A DNA stretch of 63,315 nt, counting the filler, from Squatina squatina (Eukaryota): NCBI GenBank assembly GCA_031763465.1. It is 3 parts of 3 records of this genome, joined end to end, with 100 filler letters (N's around TTAATTAATTAA, not from the genome) between each part and the next. Parts side by side here need not be neighbours in the genome. Positions count along the whole stretch, not along the records: positions 1 to 24,934 come from JARFOE010000233.1; 2 more parts are not named here. One strand, written 5' to 3'. Positions within the stretch are counted from its first letter, which is position 1; the number at the start of each line of letters is the position of its first letter. Of the stretch, positions 1-11,955 are shown piece after piece. The notes beneath the pieces are model-generated. The model did not search any database. It saw nothing but the letters and a program-made list of their open reading frames with translations, and was not told the DNA's origin. The translations under genes and the position numbers were made by a program.

Positions 1-261
1 CAGTCCCATAATATACAACACAGATTCTTAAACTGAACATGCGGACACTTGAGCGGACAGCAGTGATCCTTAAATTAGAGAACTTTAGACTCACTGCAGT
101 GTCAGTTCAGATTACTCTATATTCCAAGATGAAGTCTGATGTTTAACAGAAGGCAATTTTCTCTCTTTGCTTGCTTACACACACACATAAATAACAGCTT
201 TCTTTACAAACTCCAAAAACATCCAACCAGCATTTACAGTCTCAAAAAGCAGGCTACTTAC

Positions 262-550
262 CAACCATTGCACTGACTTCACCAGCCATAAGCACTTCTT
301 CACTCCCGTTGTACAGGTTAACATCTATGATCCCCTTCCGGATAGTTTCTCCGACCTTTGCGCCCAGCAGTACAGACCCAGCTGTTTCAAAAATGGAAGC
401 CAGGATACAGGCCTGGCGTAGCGTCACGACGCCAGAGCCCACAGCAGTGCCAAAAGAATTGGCCACATCATTCGCACCCACAGAGAAAGCAAGAATAAAG
501 GCTATTATAAAGCCCAGTATCACCATCCACATGTAATTCTCCAGCACCAT
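262..550 (-). CDS. SLC20A2: Sodium-dependent phosphate transporter 2 (PiT2), first coding exon
   Basis: [40 protein letters not shown]...GEVSAMVG carries the PiT GANDVAN signature and has the short PiT2-type N-terminus. ATG at 550-548; 289 coding nt end at a G|GTAAG donor (261-260). A candidate acceptor at 807-806 would make 551-805 5'UTR. Confidence 0.93.
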
Positions 551-1026
551 TTTTTTTTCCCCAAGTATATGCACAGAACAGAATTGGAAGAATCACTGAC
601 AGACAGACTCACACACACGCACCAGGCTAAGATTCTGTAAACTAGTTTTCTTCTATGAAAGTGCTTGGTAGTGTTCAGAGATGTTGCACTGCTAACTAAT
701 GCTTCTCCGAGTAGTGTTAACACAGTTTCTTAGGCCTGGGGTTATCAGCAAGTGAGTGCATTCCATAGTTAAGTGTCCAGCTTGGTAGGCAGAGATGGTC
801 AACTCCTGTAAAAGCATTAACAAAAAGAAAATATCAGCAAAATGTTTTACACAGTTGGGATTAAAAAAGACAAAATAAGTTCACGTCTTTTGCATTAAAG
901 CAGCAAGCTACCTGGTGAATACTTACNNNNNNNNNNNNNNNNNNNNNNNNNNNNNNNNNNNNNNNNNNNNNNNNNNNNNNNNNNNNNNNNNNNNNNNNNN
1001 NNNNNNNNNNNNNNNNNNNNNNNNNN

Positions 1027-1660
1027 CCCCTCCCCCCACACCATACACCCCGACCTCGTGCCTTTAAAAAAGAAAGGAGGCGTGGAGCAAACGTTCAGGT
1101 CTCGGCCACCCCCCCGTCCTGCCAAACAGGGACCCGAACCTCACTTTACACAGAAAAATGGAGCAGAAAGGCGAGGGGAGGTGAATCGCGGGTTGAGGGG
1201 CGACAGAGAGGAGGGAGGCAGCGGGCTCTGACACCGGGGTACCGCCGCCATGAAGGGAATCCCTAATTTAACCCGAAGAGCAGGCGGAAAACATAAGTTC
1301 CATTAAACAAACTTCAGGGTGCCGGGGCCTCGGTCACTCACCAGGACGTGCCGCTCTGGTTGGTCACTCTTTATGTCAGTCGGAAGCTGGCGAGCGAGCG
1401 AGCGAGGGTTCCTCCGTCAGAAACGTGTCGGTTCCTTGACCCGCGGAGGGAGGTTGACTGGGGTCCCGAAAGCACTGTTGCTTTCGGTAATTTCGCACTC
1501 ACGAGACCGGACTTCGAGAGGGTCTAAACCGCCATGTTAACCCGAGTGCGAGCGGAGGGAGCGGCTCCTTGTCTCTTTATACCAGCGAGAGGGAGACAGA
1601 GGAGGCGGAGCGGCCACTGGGTCCCCTGTGGGTGGAAACGAGGGAGACACCGGGTCACAC
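1027..1660. promoter_or_regulatory. CpG-rich island, probable SLC20A2 promoter and non-coding first exon
   Basis: Locally GC/CpG-rich, with several CCGGAA/CGGAAG ETS-like cores and a minus-strand G|GTGAGT donor at 1341-1340. Lies upstream of the SLC20A2 coding exon, across a gap. Confidence 0.45.
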
Positions 1661-2349
1661 ACTGCTTATTACTGAGAGAAAGGGAAACCAGATACCTCCC
1701 ACACACGCATTACACACCGAACTGAACCAACTGCCCGGACTATAAGCGCAAGTGGTATCATAAATACCTGCTCCAGCAGTACCATAAACATCAGCACTAC
1801 TCCCACCAGCAGTGTCATAAACACCAGCACGACCATTAACATCATCTGTACCTGCTGGCTTTGGATGTGGTTCATTCTTGATCTGATTTTTCTCCTTCAA
1901 CTGCTGATGGTGAAAATGGAAATAAAAGCTATTCAGCATCAAACTGGTTTGTCTTTCCTTGAGCAAATTGAGCAGTGGATCTGGTATCATGTCACCAAGC
2001 TTGGTGATCTCCTCAACCCAACCCTGAGCTGTCACTTGTGGCAGAAACTTTGTTGCATTTTTATCCCAAAAGAATCCCCTTGCCTCTGAGTTACTTATGC
2101 CTGATGTTCATGGTCACATCTCCAAATCAGAGCCTTGAGGGTCTTGGTATTTTACCAAATGCAGATTTCTATTCTCCAGCATCTAATTTGAACAATCTCT
2201 TGCTGACAAACACAAGAATTCAAGTGAGCATTCTTGATCTGATAAGCAGAGTGACAAAGGAGAGGGAAACCAGGACAGAAATGAAAGGGAAAAAAATAGT
2301 GGCAGGCAGGGAAAACTAGGATGAGTGGCAAATTGGGCCATTGTACAAA

Positions 2350-3423
2350 AAAGTAATGATTAAAAATGGCAAAAAGACAAGCCTAAAGGCATCGTGTCTG
2401 AATGCACAAAGCATTTGTAATAAGGTAGATGAACTAATGGCTCGAAGAGATAAATGGTGATGATCTGATCTCCATTATGGAGACATGGCTTCAAGGAGAT
2501 CAAAGCTGAGAACTCAAAATTCAGGGCAATTGTCATTTTTGGAAGGACAGGCAGGAATAGGTGGTGGGGTAGTACAGTTAATAAGAATGACATGAGTACA
2601 GTTGTCAGGCTCTATCGCTATCAGAAGATAGAGTCCATTTGGGTGGCGGTAAACAAACAGTACAGGAAAGAAGACACTGTGTGCGTGCGTAGACTAAAAC
2701 TTCCTCCAGCAAGTGGTGATCTTAACATCATGGAATTTTGCATTCCGCTTGAGTGACAAACTTGTGTCTGAAACAACTGTTAAACATAAATAGGGAAATT
2801 GCAAAGGAATGAGGATAGAGTTGGCTAAAGAGGACTGGGCAAATAGATTAGCAGGTAAGATAGTTGGCAAACAGTGCCAGACATTTCAGGAGGCAATTCA
2901 TGACTCAGCAAACAATATATCCCAGTAAGGAGGAGGGATGAACCAACCATGGCTAACCAAGGAAGTTAGGGAGGGTGTAAAGTTGAAAAAGAAAACATAT
3001 AAGGTGGCAAAAGTTAGTGGTAGGCCTGAAGACTGGGATAAATTCAGAATCCAGCAAAGGAGGACTGAAGATAATGGAGAGAGAAAATAAACTGAGGGCA
3101 AACTAGTGAGGAATATAAAAACAGACAATAAGAGCTTAAAGTATATAAAAAGGAAGAGAGGTCAAAGTGAACATCGGCCCCTTAGAGAATGAGGCTGGGG
3201 AAATAGTTATGGGAACAAGGAAATGGCAGAGGAGTTGAACAGATATTTTGCATCAGTCTTTACGGTGGAAGATACTACGAACATCCCATTAATAATAAAA
3301 AATACAGGGGAGGAATTAAATACCATCACCACCACTAGAGAATTAGTATTAGGCAAACTAATGGGGCTAAAGGCTGATAAGTCCCCTGGCCCTGATGGTT
3401 TGCATCCTAGGATCCTAAAAGAA
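2350..3423 (+). mobile_element. Decayed CR1-clade LINE ORF2 fragment
   Basis: MAEELNRYFASVFTVED...KADKSPGPDGLHPRILKE is the typical CR1 pre-RT segment; upstream endonuclease-like remnants contain stops. Confidence 0.85.
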
Positions 3424-3523
3424 NNNNNNNNNNNNNNNNNNNNNNNNNNNNNNNNNNNNNNNNNNNNNNNNNNNNNNNNNNNNNNNNNNNNNNNNNNNNN
3501 NNNNNNNNNNNNNNNNNNNNNNN

Positions 3524-4322
3524 CACCTGCATGATGCGCTGCCTGTTGCACACCAGCTGCACATTGAGGGAGTGGAATCCCTTTCAGTTCATGAAAATGG
3601 CAGTTCACATGAGGTGGATGCAGGCCAATGTGCATGCAGTCAAAGGGAAAGCCTACAATCTGTGCAAACCCTCGTGCTCACTCTGTCTGCTGGTCCTTGC
3701 AAAACAGAATGAGATTATACTGTTCCTCTGTTTATGGAGAGCCTCAGTGACCTCCCTTATGCAGCAATGTACTGAAAACTACGAGATGTTGTTTATATCT
3801 CCACCAGTTGCCTGGAAGGAGCCAGATGCAGAAAGGTTAAGAGCCACGGTTACCTTGACAGCCACAGGCAATGCTATCCTTGTCCTGATCTGAGGTTGTA
3901 GTTGTGGCTGTAGCAGTTGTCAGAATTCAGTCACAACCTCTTTTGTGACACGAAGACATTGAGGTAAGATAATTGCTCACTAAAGACCCTCAGTGGATAT
4001 GGTCTCCTGCTGAGCGTCCTTTTCCCTCTCCTCCTCCCTCTTCGAACAGCTTGTCCTGCTCTGCGTGGCCTCTCTTTGTCCTCCCAGTCATGTTCAATTC
4101 CCAGAAGAAGCCTCATCAGGCCACCCATATCTGGAAGCAATTTGTTTCAGCACAAGCTTTTCAATCAATAAAAAAGTACTTCAACACCAGCCAGACCACT
4201 CACTGTAGACTTTTCAAAATTTAAGGAAGTATAGGAAAGCTCCAAAAATGCATAGAATTGCACCAGTAGCCAGAAGATATAATCCAGCAACTAGCCTGTA
4301 AGTCGTTCATGATCCCTTTAAA
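3524..4322 (-). mobile_element. Decayed PIF/Harbinger DDE transposase (N-terminal half) plus 5' region
   Basis: Minus-strand pieces VKVTVALN..SGSFQ..GD, CIREVTEAL, GFP..DC.HI and N*KGFHSLNVQLVC match HARBI1/Harbinger motifs, with stops and frameshifts. A TATA-like TATTTAAAG lies near 4316-4324 (minus). Confidence 0.8.
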
Positions 4323-4442
4323 TAGCACCGGCAGGGCTCCTTNNNNNNNNNNNNNNNNNNNNNNNNNNNNNNNNNNNNNNNNNNNNNNNNNNNNNNNNNN
4401 NNNNNNNNNNNNNNNNNNNNNNNNNNNNNNNNNNNNNNNNNN

Positions 4443-6707
4443 GCTGCGGCTGCTGCCGCCCGAGCTCGGCGCCCTGCCCAGCCTCGAGGAGCTGGACGTC
4501 AGCTTCAACGAGCTGGGCCAGCTGCCCGCCACCTTCGGCCAGCTGCGGCGGCTGCGGACGCTGGACGTGGACCACAACCGGCTGACCCGCTTCCCCCAGC
4601 AGATCCTGCACCTCGGCCAGCTGGAGGAACTCGACTTCTCCGGCAACAAGATCGACGCCCTGCCCCAGGAGATCCTGCTGCTGCGCTCGGTGAAAATCCT
4701 CTGGCTCAGCAGCCTCCAGCTCTCCTGCCTGCCCGAGACCTTCTGCCAGCTCGCCGCCTTGGAGAGCCTGATGCTGGACAACAACACGCTGCGCTCGCTG
4801 CCGGCGAGCTTCGGCGACCTGGAGAAGCTCAAGATGATCAACCTGTCGTCCAACCGGTTCGAGGATTTCCCCGCCGCCCTGCTGCAGCTGGCCAACTTGG
4901 AGGAGCTGTACCTCAGCCGCAACAAGCTCTCGGTGGTGCCGCACAGCATTTCCCGCCTCAGCAACCTGGCCACGCTGTGGCTGGACAACAACCGGGTGCG
5001 CTACCTCCCCGACTCCATCGTGGAGCTCGNNNNNNNNNNNNNNNNNNNNNNNNNNNNNNNNNNNNNNNNNNNNNNNNNNNNNNNNNNNNNNNNNNNNNNN
5101 NNNNNNNNNNNNNNNNNNNNNNNNNNNNNNNNNNNNNNNNNNNNNNNNNNNNNNNNNNNNNNNNNNNNNNNNNNNNNNNNNNNNNNNNNNNNNNNNNNNN
5201 NNNNNNNNNNNNNNNNNNNNNNNNNNNNNNNNNNNNNNNNNNNNNNNNNNNNNNNNNNNNNNNNNNNNNNNNNNNNNNNNNNNNNNNNNNNNNNNNNNNN
5301 NNNNNNNNNNNNNNNNNNNNNNNNNNNNNNNNNNNNNNNNNNNNNNNNNNNNNNNNNNNNNNNNNNNNNNNNNNNNNNNNNNNNNNNNNNNNNNNNNNNN
5401 NNNNNNNNNAACTACGACCTCATCCAGCCGTTCTTCCTCTCTCCCGGCGCGCTCTACGTCCTGGTCGTCAGCCTCCGAGCTTATGTTTCGGGGCGGTTCT
5501 ACGAACTGGTCGGCCATTTCCTGCACCTGCTGGGGGCCCGGGTCCCGCACGGCGTGGTGTGCGTGGTGGGAGCGCACGCGGACCAGTGCAGCGACAGGGA
5601 GGTGGAGGAGAAGTGCCTGGACATCCACCACCAGATCGCCCTCCAGGAGAAGCGGGCCGTCGAGTTCCTGCAGGCCGCCGCCGAGAAGGTGGACGGGGCC
5701 CTGGACCAGGAGTTCGAGCTGCGAGCCGCCAGCCCCCACGCGCCCTTCTGCGGGGTGTCCGACAAGAACCTGAGGCGGAAGAAGGCCCAGCTGCAGTACC
5801 TGCTCAACCACCGGCTCCAGATACTGTCCCCGGTCATCACCGTCAGCTGCCGCGGGGACCAAGCTGGCATCAGCCGCCTGAAGGACAAGCTGCTGTCGGT
5901 GGCCGAGCACCGGGACATTTTCCCCAATCTGCACCGGGTCCTGCCCCGGTCCTGGCAAAGGTTGGAAGAGCTGCACTTTAAGCCGCAGGAGCTCTGGCTT
6001 TCCTGGTGGGACTCGGCCAGGCTGGGCTTGCAGGCTGGTCTCACCGAGGACCGGCTCCAGAGCGCCCTGTCCTACCTCCACGAAAGCGGCAAGCTGCTGT
6101 ATTTTGAGGACAGCCTGACTCTGAAAGAGTGCGTCTTTCACAACCTGACCAAGCTCATTGACATCCTGAATGTCTTCTTCCAGCGCGATGCTGCCGTCCT
6201 GCTCCAGAAACTCTTGGCGGACGCCGATATCGACGAGCTGAGGGCAACGCAACTCCATCACTACGTGGAAGGATTCCTGCTTCACGGGCTGCTCCCGCTG
6301 CACATCATCAGACTGCTTTTAAAGCCGCACATCAAGACCCAGCAGGACCTCCATCTGATTCTGGAACTGCTGGAAAAGATGGGACTCTGTTACTGTCTCA
6401 ACAAGCCCAAAATTACACCTCTCAACGGCGCCGCAGTTTGGTTCAAGTTCCCGTGCTATGTGAAAAATGAAGTCCCCCATGCAGAAGCCTGGATCAATGG
6501 GTCTAACCTCTCCGGGCAGCCATTTGCCATCGAACAGCTGCAGGTGGAATACAGTTTCCCCTTTTTGTTCCCGCCAGGCCTGTTTGCCAGGTATAGCGTG
6601 CAGATCAACTCTCATGTCGTACACCGGTCAGATGGCAAGTACCAGATCTTTGCTTACCGAGGCAAGGTTCCAGTGGTAATCAGCTACAGGCCGACCCAAA
6701 GTAGTCT
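4443..6707 (+). CDS. MFHAS1: MFHAS1 (MASL1), ROCO-family LRR-Roc-COR protein, large exon 1 (partial, gapped)
   Basis: Tandem LxxLxLxxNxL repeats, then [71 protein letters not shown]. Frame is preserved across the sized gap 5030-5409; both ends are lost in N gaps. Confidence 0.95.
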
Positions 6708-7299
6708 NNNNNNNNNNNNNNNNNNNNNNNNNNNNNNNNNNNNNNNNNNNNNNNNNNNNNNNNNNNNNNNNNNNNNNNNNNNNNNNNNNNNNNNNNNNNN
6801 NNNNNNNGATACAATGATAAGGGAGTTGTTGACTAATCATAGCAATCAGTCTCTATCAATTAGTTTACAACAGAGCCAGACATGAGGTGAGGAAAACCCC
6901 AATGGCAGAGAGCTTTGGGAACCATAAGTCCAAAGTCGCCTGTTCCTTATGTCATGTCTCAAATTACTTATATACTCTATCCCAAAATATTATTTTTTTT
7001 TAAAGAAATCTATCTAATTTGCATTTGAACTAACTCTGGTGGGGATAGTCTGTGGACTAGGCCACTACGAGGCCTCCCACTCCTTCCCCTCCCAGGTGCT
7101 GGTTACTGATCGATGCAACCAGCAGGTTGGAAGCACCTTTGCCACACGCACCTTTGCCTCCCTCTCAGGCAGGGAATAGTGTCTGGGCTCAGGGTGAGGG
7201 ATCTACCCAGGGGACCCGTGGAGATGGGTGGGTGCGGTGAGGGACAATCATGTTGACTTCAAGCCGCCCCAGGATTTACAGGGGACGATAACAGCTGTG

Positions 7300-7449
7300 A
7301 AAGAAAACAACAACTTGCATTTAAATAGCGCCTTTAACATAATGAAACGTCCCAAGGCTCTTCACAGGATCAGACAAAATTTGACACCGAGCTACATAGG
7401 ACAGGTGACCAAAACCTTGGTCATATAGGTAGGTTTTAAGGAGCAGTAT
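7300..7449 (-). mobile_element. L2-type LINE/SINE 3' tail fragment
   Basis: caacaacttgcatttaaatagcgcctttaac...aaacgtcccaagg is the reverse complement of the L2-like tail also seen ending the SINE at 11157-11596. Confidence 0.55.
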
Positions 7450-8784
7450 NNNNNNNNNNNNNNNNNNNNNNNNNNNNNNNNNNNNNNNNNNNNNNNNNNN
7501 NNNNNNNNNNNNNNNNNNNNNNNNNNNNNNNNNNNNNNNNNNNNNNNNNGCTACACCAAGACAGACCAATGGTATGAGTGACCATTTTTGTAATTAGCGC
7601 CAAGCCTTTTGGGGGTGGGTTGGCATGAGAAGAATGGTGACTACCAGCTGAGATGAAGCCAGGTAGAAGAAGGTAATGCAACTTCTGCTGCCACAGATGC
7701 TCCATTTCCGGCTGGCTGCTACTATTATTACTTTGTCCCTGAGGGGACAGAGTTCCAGCAGTTGTTTGGACATTTTAAAAAAAAACACAGTTGCTGTATG
7801 GAACATTTCAGAGAACGAGAACAGGAAGGAGAGAGATTTCCATCCTACAGGAACAGCACGAAGAACGAACACAGGAGAGAAACTTGAAGTGGAAGCCAGG
7901 AGAGGGGGCATGCATTCTAACACTAGAAAAATACTTTGTCTTGGTTGTCCAGATCATATATTAACAATTGAAAGCAACTGCTGCTAGTTGCTATATGTGT
8001 GGTCAGAAAACAGTTGAATATAATACAGTTGCACTGTAGTGTCTCTTTGAATTAGATGTGTTTCTCTCTTGGAGGTCTGGCGTACTGTCGCAATGCAGTT
8101 ATTGGCTGTGTTTTGCAGCTCTGTGATTGTTACAGACCAAATTTTATGTTCCTTTTATAGGAAGTTCCACGGCTCAAGTTCCTTTCTATTAACCTCTGCA
8201 AACTGATGAGACTTGCTGCTTGTAAGCGTTGGCAGAATTAGGAAGCTAAATATAAATCCAACGCTGGTTGTCGACATTGCCAGCGTCAAGATCATTTTTT
8301 ATTCTGTTTTTGGATAGGTGCCGATGTATCAAATAAATGCATATTATATAGTAAAATTGGCCTAAGTATTTAATACGTATATCTATATAACATTAAAAAA
8401 ATCGCATCAGTGTGCGCTTCCTGCCAACTGTCTCCACTGTAAATTCCTATCCCTCCATTTATAATGAAAACTGCCTATCGAAACTTGTCATGCTGTGAAT
8501 ACCCGCTTCCACTAGTAGAGGTGCTACAGTGCCACCACTGTTGGGAGGGTATAATTACAACATGACCAGTTTACATGGGCTGTTTGTTTCATAAATGGAA
8601 AAGTAGAAATTTATAATGGAAATATAATAAGGCCAGATGTATGACTTTAAAATGGAGACTGAATTATGTCTTGGAGGCCTGGACCAATTATCCTCTGCCC
8701 TTTTTAACCCACTTCACCTGAGGACTGTACTTGGGTCATGAGACCGTATATACGTTGCCAAGGGAAATTGGCGAGTATGATATA

Positions 8785-8992
8785 AGAACATAAGAAATAG
8801 GAACAGGAGTAGGCCATTCGGTCCCTCGAGCCTGCTCCGCCATTCAATAAGATCATGGCTGATCCGATGTTCCTCGAGTCCACTTTACTGCCCTAAGCCC
8901 ATAACCCTTGATTATCTTACTGATTAAAAATCTATCTATCTCAGCTTTGAATATATTCAAGGATTCAGCCTCCACAGCTTTCTGGGGCAAGG
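8785..8992 (-). mobile_element. CR1-clade LINE 3' end
   Basis: ataagaacataagaaataggaacaggagtaggccattc tail; minus-strand LPQKAVEAESLNIFKAEIDRFL matches the CR1 ORF2 C-terminus. Confidence 0.85.
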
Positions 8993-9573
8993 NNNNNNNN
9001 NNNNNNNNNNNNNNNNNNNNNNNNNNNNNNNNNNNNNNNNNNNNNNNNNNNNNNNNNNNNNNNNNNNNNNNNNNNNNNNNNNNNNNNNNNNNGAGTTTGA
9101 GTTGAGTACTTGTCCTAGTGGTCAAAGATAGAGGGGCTAGGCCAGAAAAGTGCTAAAAAATTGCCAGTACTGTTGAGCACCTGGTGAGAGAAAAGGTTCA
9201 TTTGACCGATTCTCCATGTCTTCTCTGGATGTGGTCACCATAGGTAAGGCTACATTCATTGACTATTCCTAGTTGTCCTGAGTAGGGGGTGGGCCCTCCT
9301 TGACCTGCTGCAGTCCATGTGGTGATGGTACACACACAATGGTATTAGGTAGGCAATTCCAGGATCTTGACCCGGCAACAACAAATGAATGGTGATATAT
9401 GTCCAACAGGGTGGTGTGTGACTTAGGTGATGACGTTAGTATGACATTACCTTATTTATTAATCCTTCAAATGAAAACTCTGCTAATGTGAGTCTGATTG
9501 CTGTCTATGATGAAGGGATTTACCTACTTTGTAACTATATGAACCTCTTTCTTTCTCTCTCTTTTATCAACAG

Positions 9574-9700
9574 GGGAGCTATTGACCCAATCCAGGCCGG
9601 AAGGAGTGACTGAGATCATCTGCCCCAAAAATGGGAGTGAGCATGTGGACGTGGCTCTGGTTTATCCCCCGACCCCCACTGTGATCAGTCCCTGCTGTAA
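9574..9700 (+). CDS. MFHAS1: MFHAS1 exon 2
   Basis: Pyrimidine tract plus CAG acceptor (9573). Encodes (G)ELLTQSRPEGVTEIICPKNGSEHVDVALVYPPTPTVISPCC, matching the MFHAS1 C-terminus. 127 nt, followed by GTGAGC. Confidence 0.9.
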
Positions 9701-11156
9701 GTGAGCAGTGGGCCATCCTGCTAGTCCTCATCAGAAACGATACCTTTAAAATTCTGTTCAAATATTTGGCAGACAACAAGGTTTTGGCAAGATTAAGGTA
9801 AGGTAGGGGGTGTGTGTGAGCTTAAAATTTATGGTATTGAAGAGTGTTGTCTAATTACCCTTCAAGATTCAGTGTAGTACCCCTTGTGGATATTGAGTCT
9901 AAATCACAAACAAAATGGATTTGGGTTTTTATTTCCAAGTCAGGATGGTGTTTGACATGTAGGGGAGCTTGGAAGTGATGGTGATCCCATGCACCCACTG
10001 CCCTTATCTTAGATGGTGAAGACTGCGGCACTGGAAGGTGCTTTCTTGATGACTAAAGGCCTTTAACTAGGTACCAGTCGAATGGTCCTCCTAAAGGCCT
10101 CAATAACCCCCACCATGGAGGTGACCAAAACTAGAAACCATAATCTAGATATTGCCAGACTAAGGCCTTGTACAAGGATAGGATTGTGCTTAGGAATCAT
10201 CGTATCATACAGCGCAGAGGGAGGCCAATTGGCCCATTGTGCCTGNNNNNNNNNNNNNNNNNNNNNNNNNNNNNNNNNNNNNNNNNNNNNNNNNNNNNNN
10301 NNNNNNNNNNNNNNNNNNNNNNNNNNNNNNNNNNNNNNNNNNNNNGTGGAAGGAAAAAGCTGACCCATGAATGCTCTTCAACATAGATTCAGAGCTGCTC
10401 CGTGATGGGCACAGGACATTGGAGATATTGCACCTGACTGACTGAACAGCTGATTGTCTGCACAAAGCATAGAGAGAAGCTTTCTCGTCCACTCCAAGCT
10501 GTCCTCCTTTGGATGTGGAGCAAGGGATTTTCGTCATTTGAAACCAAGTTGACCCGATGCACCTATTCTTCCAATGAATAGTGCAGACGTAGTGTTCCAC
10601 CACTTATGTTTGGAACGAGTAGCTTCTCAGGGATTTTCTTTTGCAGTATTTTACTAAAGCCATACTTTCAGTGTTGTCTAAAGTGCTGTAGGAATAAAAT
10701 GCCAAACATGATTGTTCTGTTCTTGAATGTGGGACACAGATCATATGGAGTCTGCGTATGCACATCAGCACCATTTTGTTCTTTAAACTGACTGAAAGAT
10801 TTAATTTAGAGCTTTCTGCTTCATTTCAAGAAACATGTTTGTGCAATACTCGGTGTGACAAAGCAATCCTATTCACGTGTTTTGTTCATCTTTCTCTTGA
10901 ATCATATTTGAGAGAGGTCCCCAATTGACACTCTGTCAGATCTCCTAGTAGATAAAGGATTGGGTTAAACCTGCAAAGCCCCATCATTTCTATATATTTG
11001 TTCAGGGATATTCATTAAAATAGGATCCTGGGGAACCAGTACTGTTTGGAAGATATAAAAATATGTATCAAAAGACATATATAAAATCTACGTTTTTCTT
11101 TCAGCCCATCTGCAGTTCTCCACCTTATCAATGTACCGGTTTTTGCATGTTCTACC

Positions 11157-11596
11157 CAGCTCATTGGTAGCACTATCATCCCTCAGGCAGAAGGTTGTCG
11201 GTTCAAGCCCCACATCAGAGACTTGAGCAAATAATCCAAGCTGACACTTCAGTACAGTACTGTGGGAGTGCTGCCCTGTCAGAGTTTCCGTCCTTTGGAT
11301 GATACGTTTGCTCGCTTAGGTGAATAGAAAAAGTTCCACGCCACTATTTGAAGAAGAGCAGGGAAGTTCTCCTGGTATCCTGGACAACATTTATCCCTTA
11401 ACCAATATCACCTTAAATTTAAAAAAAGCGCCATTAACTGGTTATTTGTCCAGTTGCTGTTTGTGGGACCTTGCTGTGTGAAAAATGTTGGCCGAGTTTG
11501 CCGACAAAACAGTGGCTACATTCAGAAAGTAATCCGTTGAATGTGAAACGCGTTGGGACATTCTGAGAGCATGATAAGGCAATATATTAATACAAG
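11157..11596 (+). mobile_element. tRNA-headed SINE with Deu-like central domain and L2-like tail (DeuSINE/SacSINE1-like)
   Basis: A-box-like TGGTAGCAC, B-box GGTTCAAGCC, central cactatttgaagaagagcagggaagttctcctggtatcctgg...atttatccct, L2-like tail. Homologous copies at 18305-18535 and 28504-28800. The family name is from recall only. Confidence 0.7.
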
Positions 11597-11955
11597 GGGG
11601 GCCCAACTGGTCTGTTTTAGACCCATGGTTGCGCTGAACAGTGGCGCCCCCCGGGGGCTATAGCAGCGCAAAGTAAAACATTTCTCAATTTGAGTAATTG
11701 GGCCTGGCGCCCCGGCGGCACCATTGGCACCGGGTNNNNNNNNNNNNNNNNNNNNNNNNNNNNNNNNNNNNNNNNNNNNNNNNNNNNNNNNNNNNNNNNN
11801 NNNNNNNNNNNNNNNNNNNNNNNNNNNNNNNNNNNGCCACGTTGCGCTGACCCAGAATGGTGACTATGTCCCCAATTCCGGGTCAGCGACCTTCGCTGCC
11901 GGCGTGGCATCCCTGAATGCAGACCCCGGTTTGGGTGCATTCCAATTGGGCCCCC
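11597..11955. mobile_element. Non-autonomous TIR element (Harbinger-type MITE), gapped internally
   Basis: Left end GGGGGCCCAACTGG, right end CCAATTGGGCCCCC (14-bp inverted repeat, 1 mismatch), flanked on both sides by AAG (11594-11596, 11956-11958), i.e. a 3-bp TSD. Confidence 0.7.

Noticed and set aside
1466-1487. Hairpin CCGAAAGCA-CTGT-TGCTTTCGG, with CAGUGC on the SLC20A2 strand, as an iron-responsive element
   Set aside because: With CAGUGC as the loop, the 5-bp upper stem does not pair and the bulged C is missing.
4309-4442. ORF-track start MIPLNSTGRAP as the MFHAS1 N-terminus
   Set aside because: It belongs to a Harbinger-derived contig and is joined to MFHAS1 only through Ns; the same applies to the tail after 6808.
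4318-6303. 661-aa antisense ORF
   Set aside because: Shadow of GC3-rich MFHAS1 codons plus N runs; no recognisable domain.
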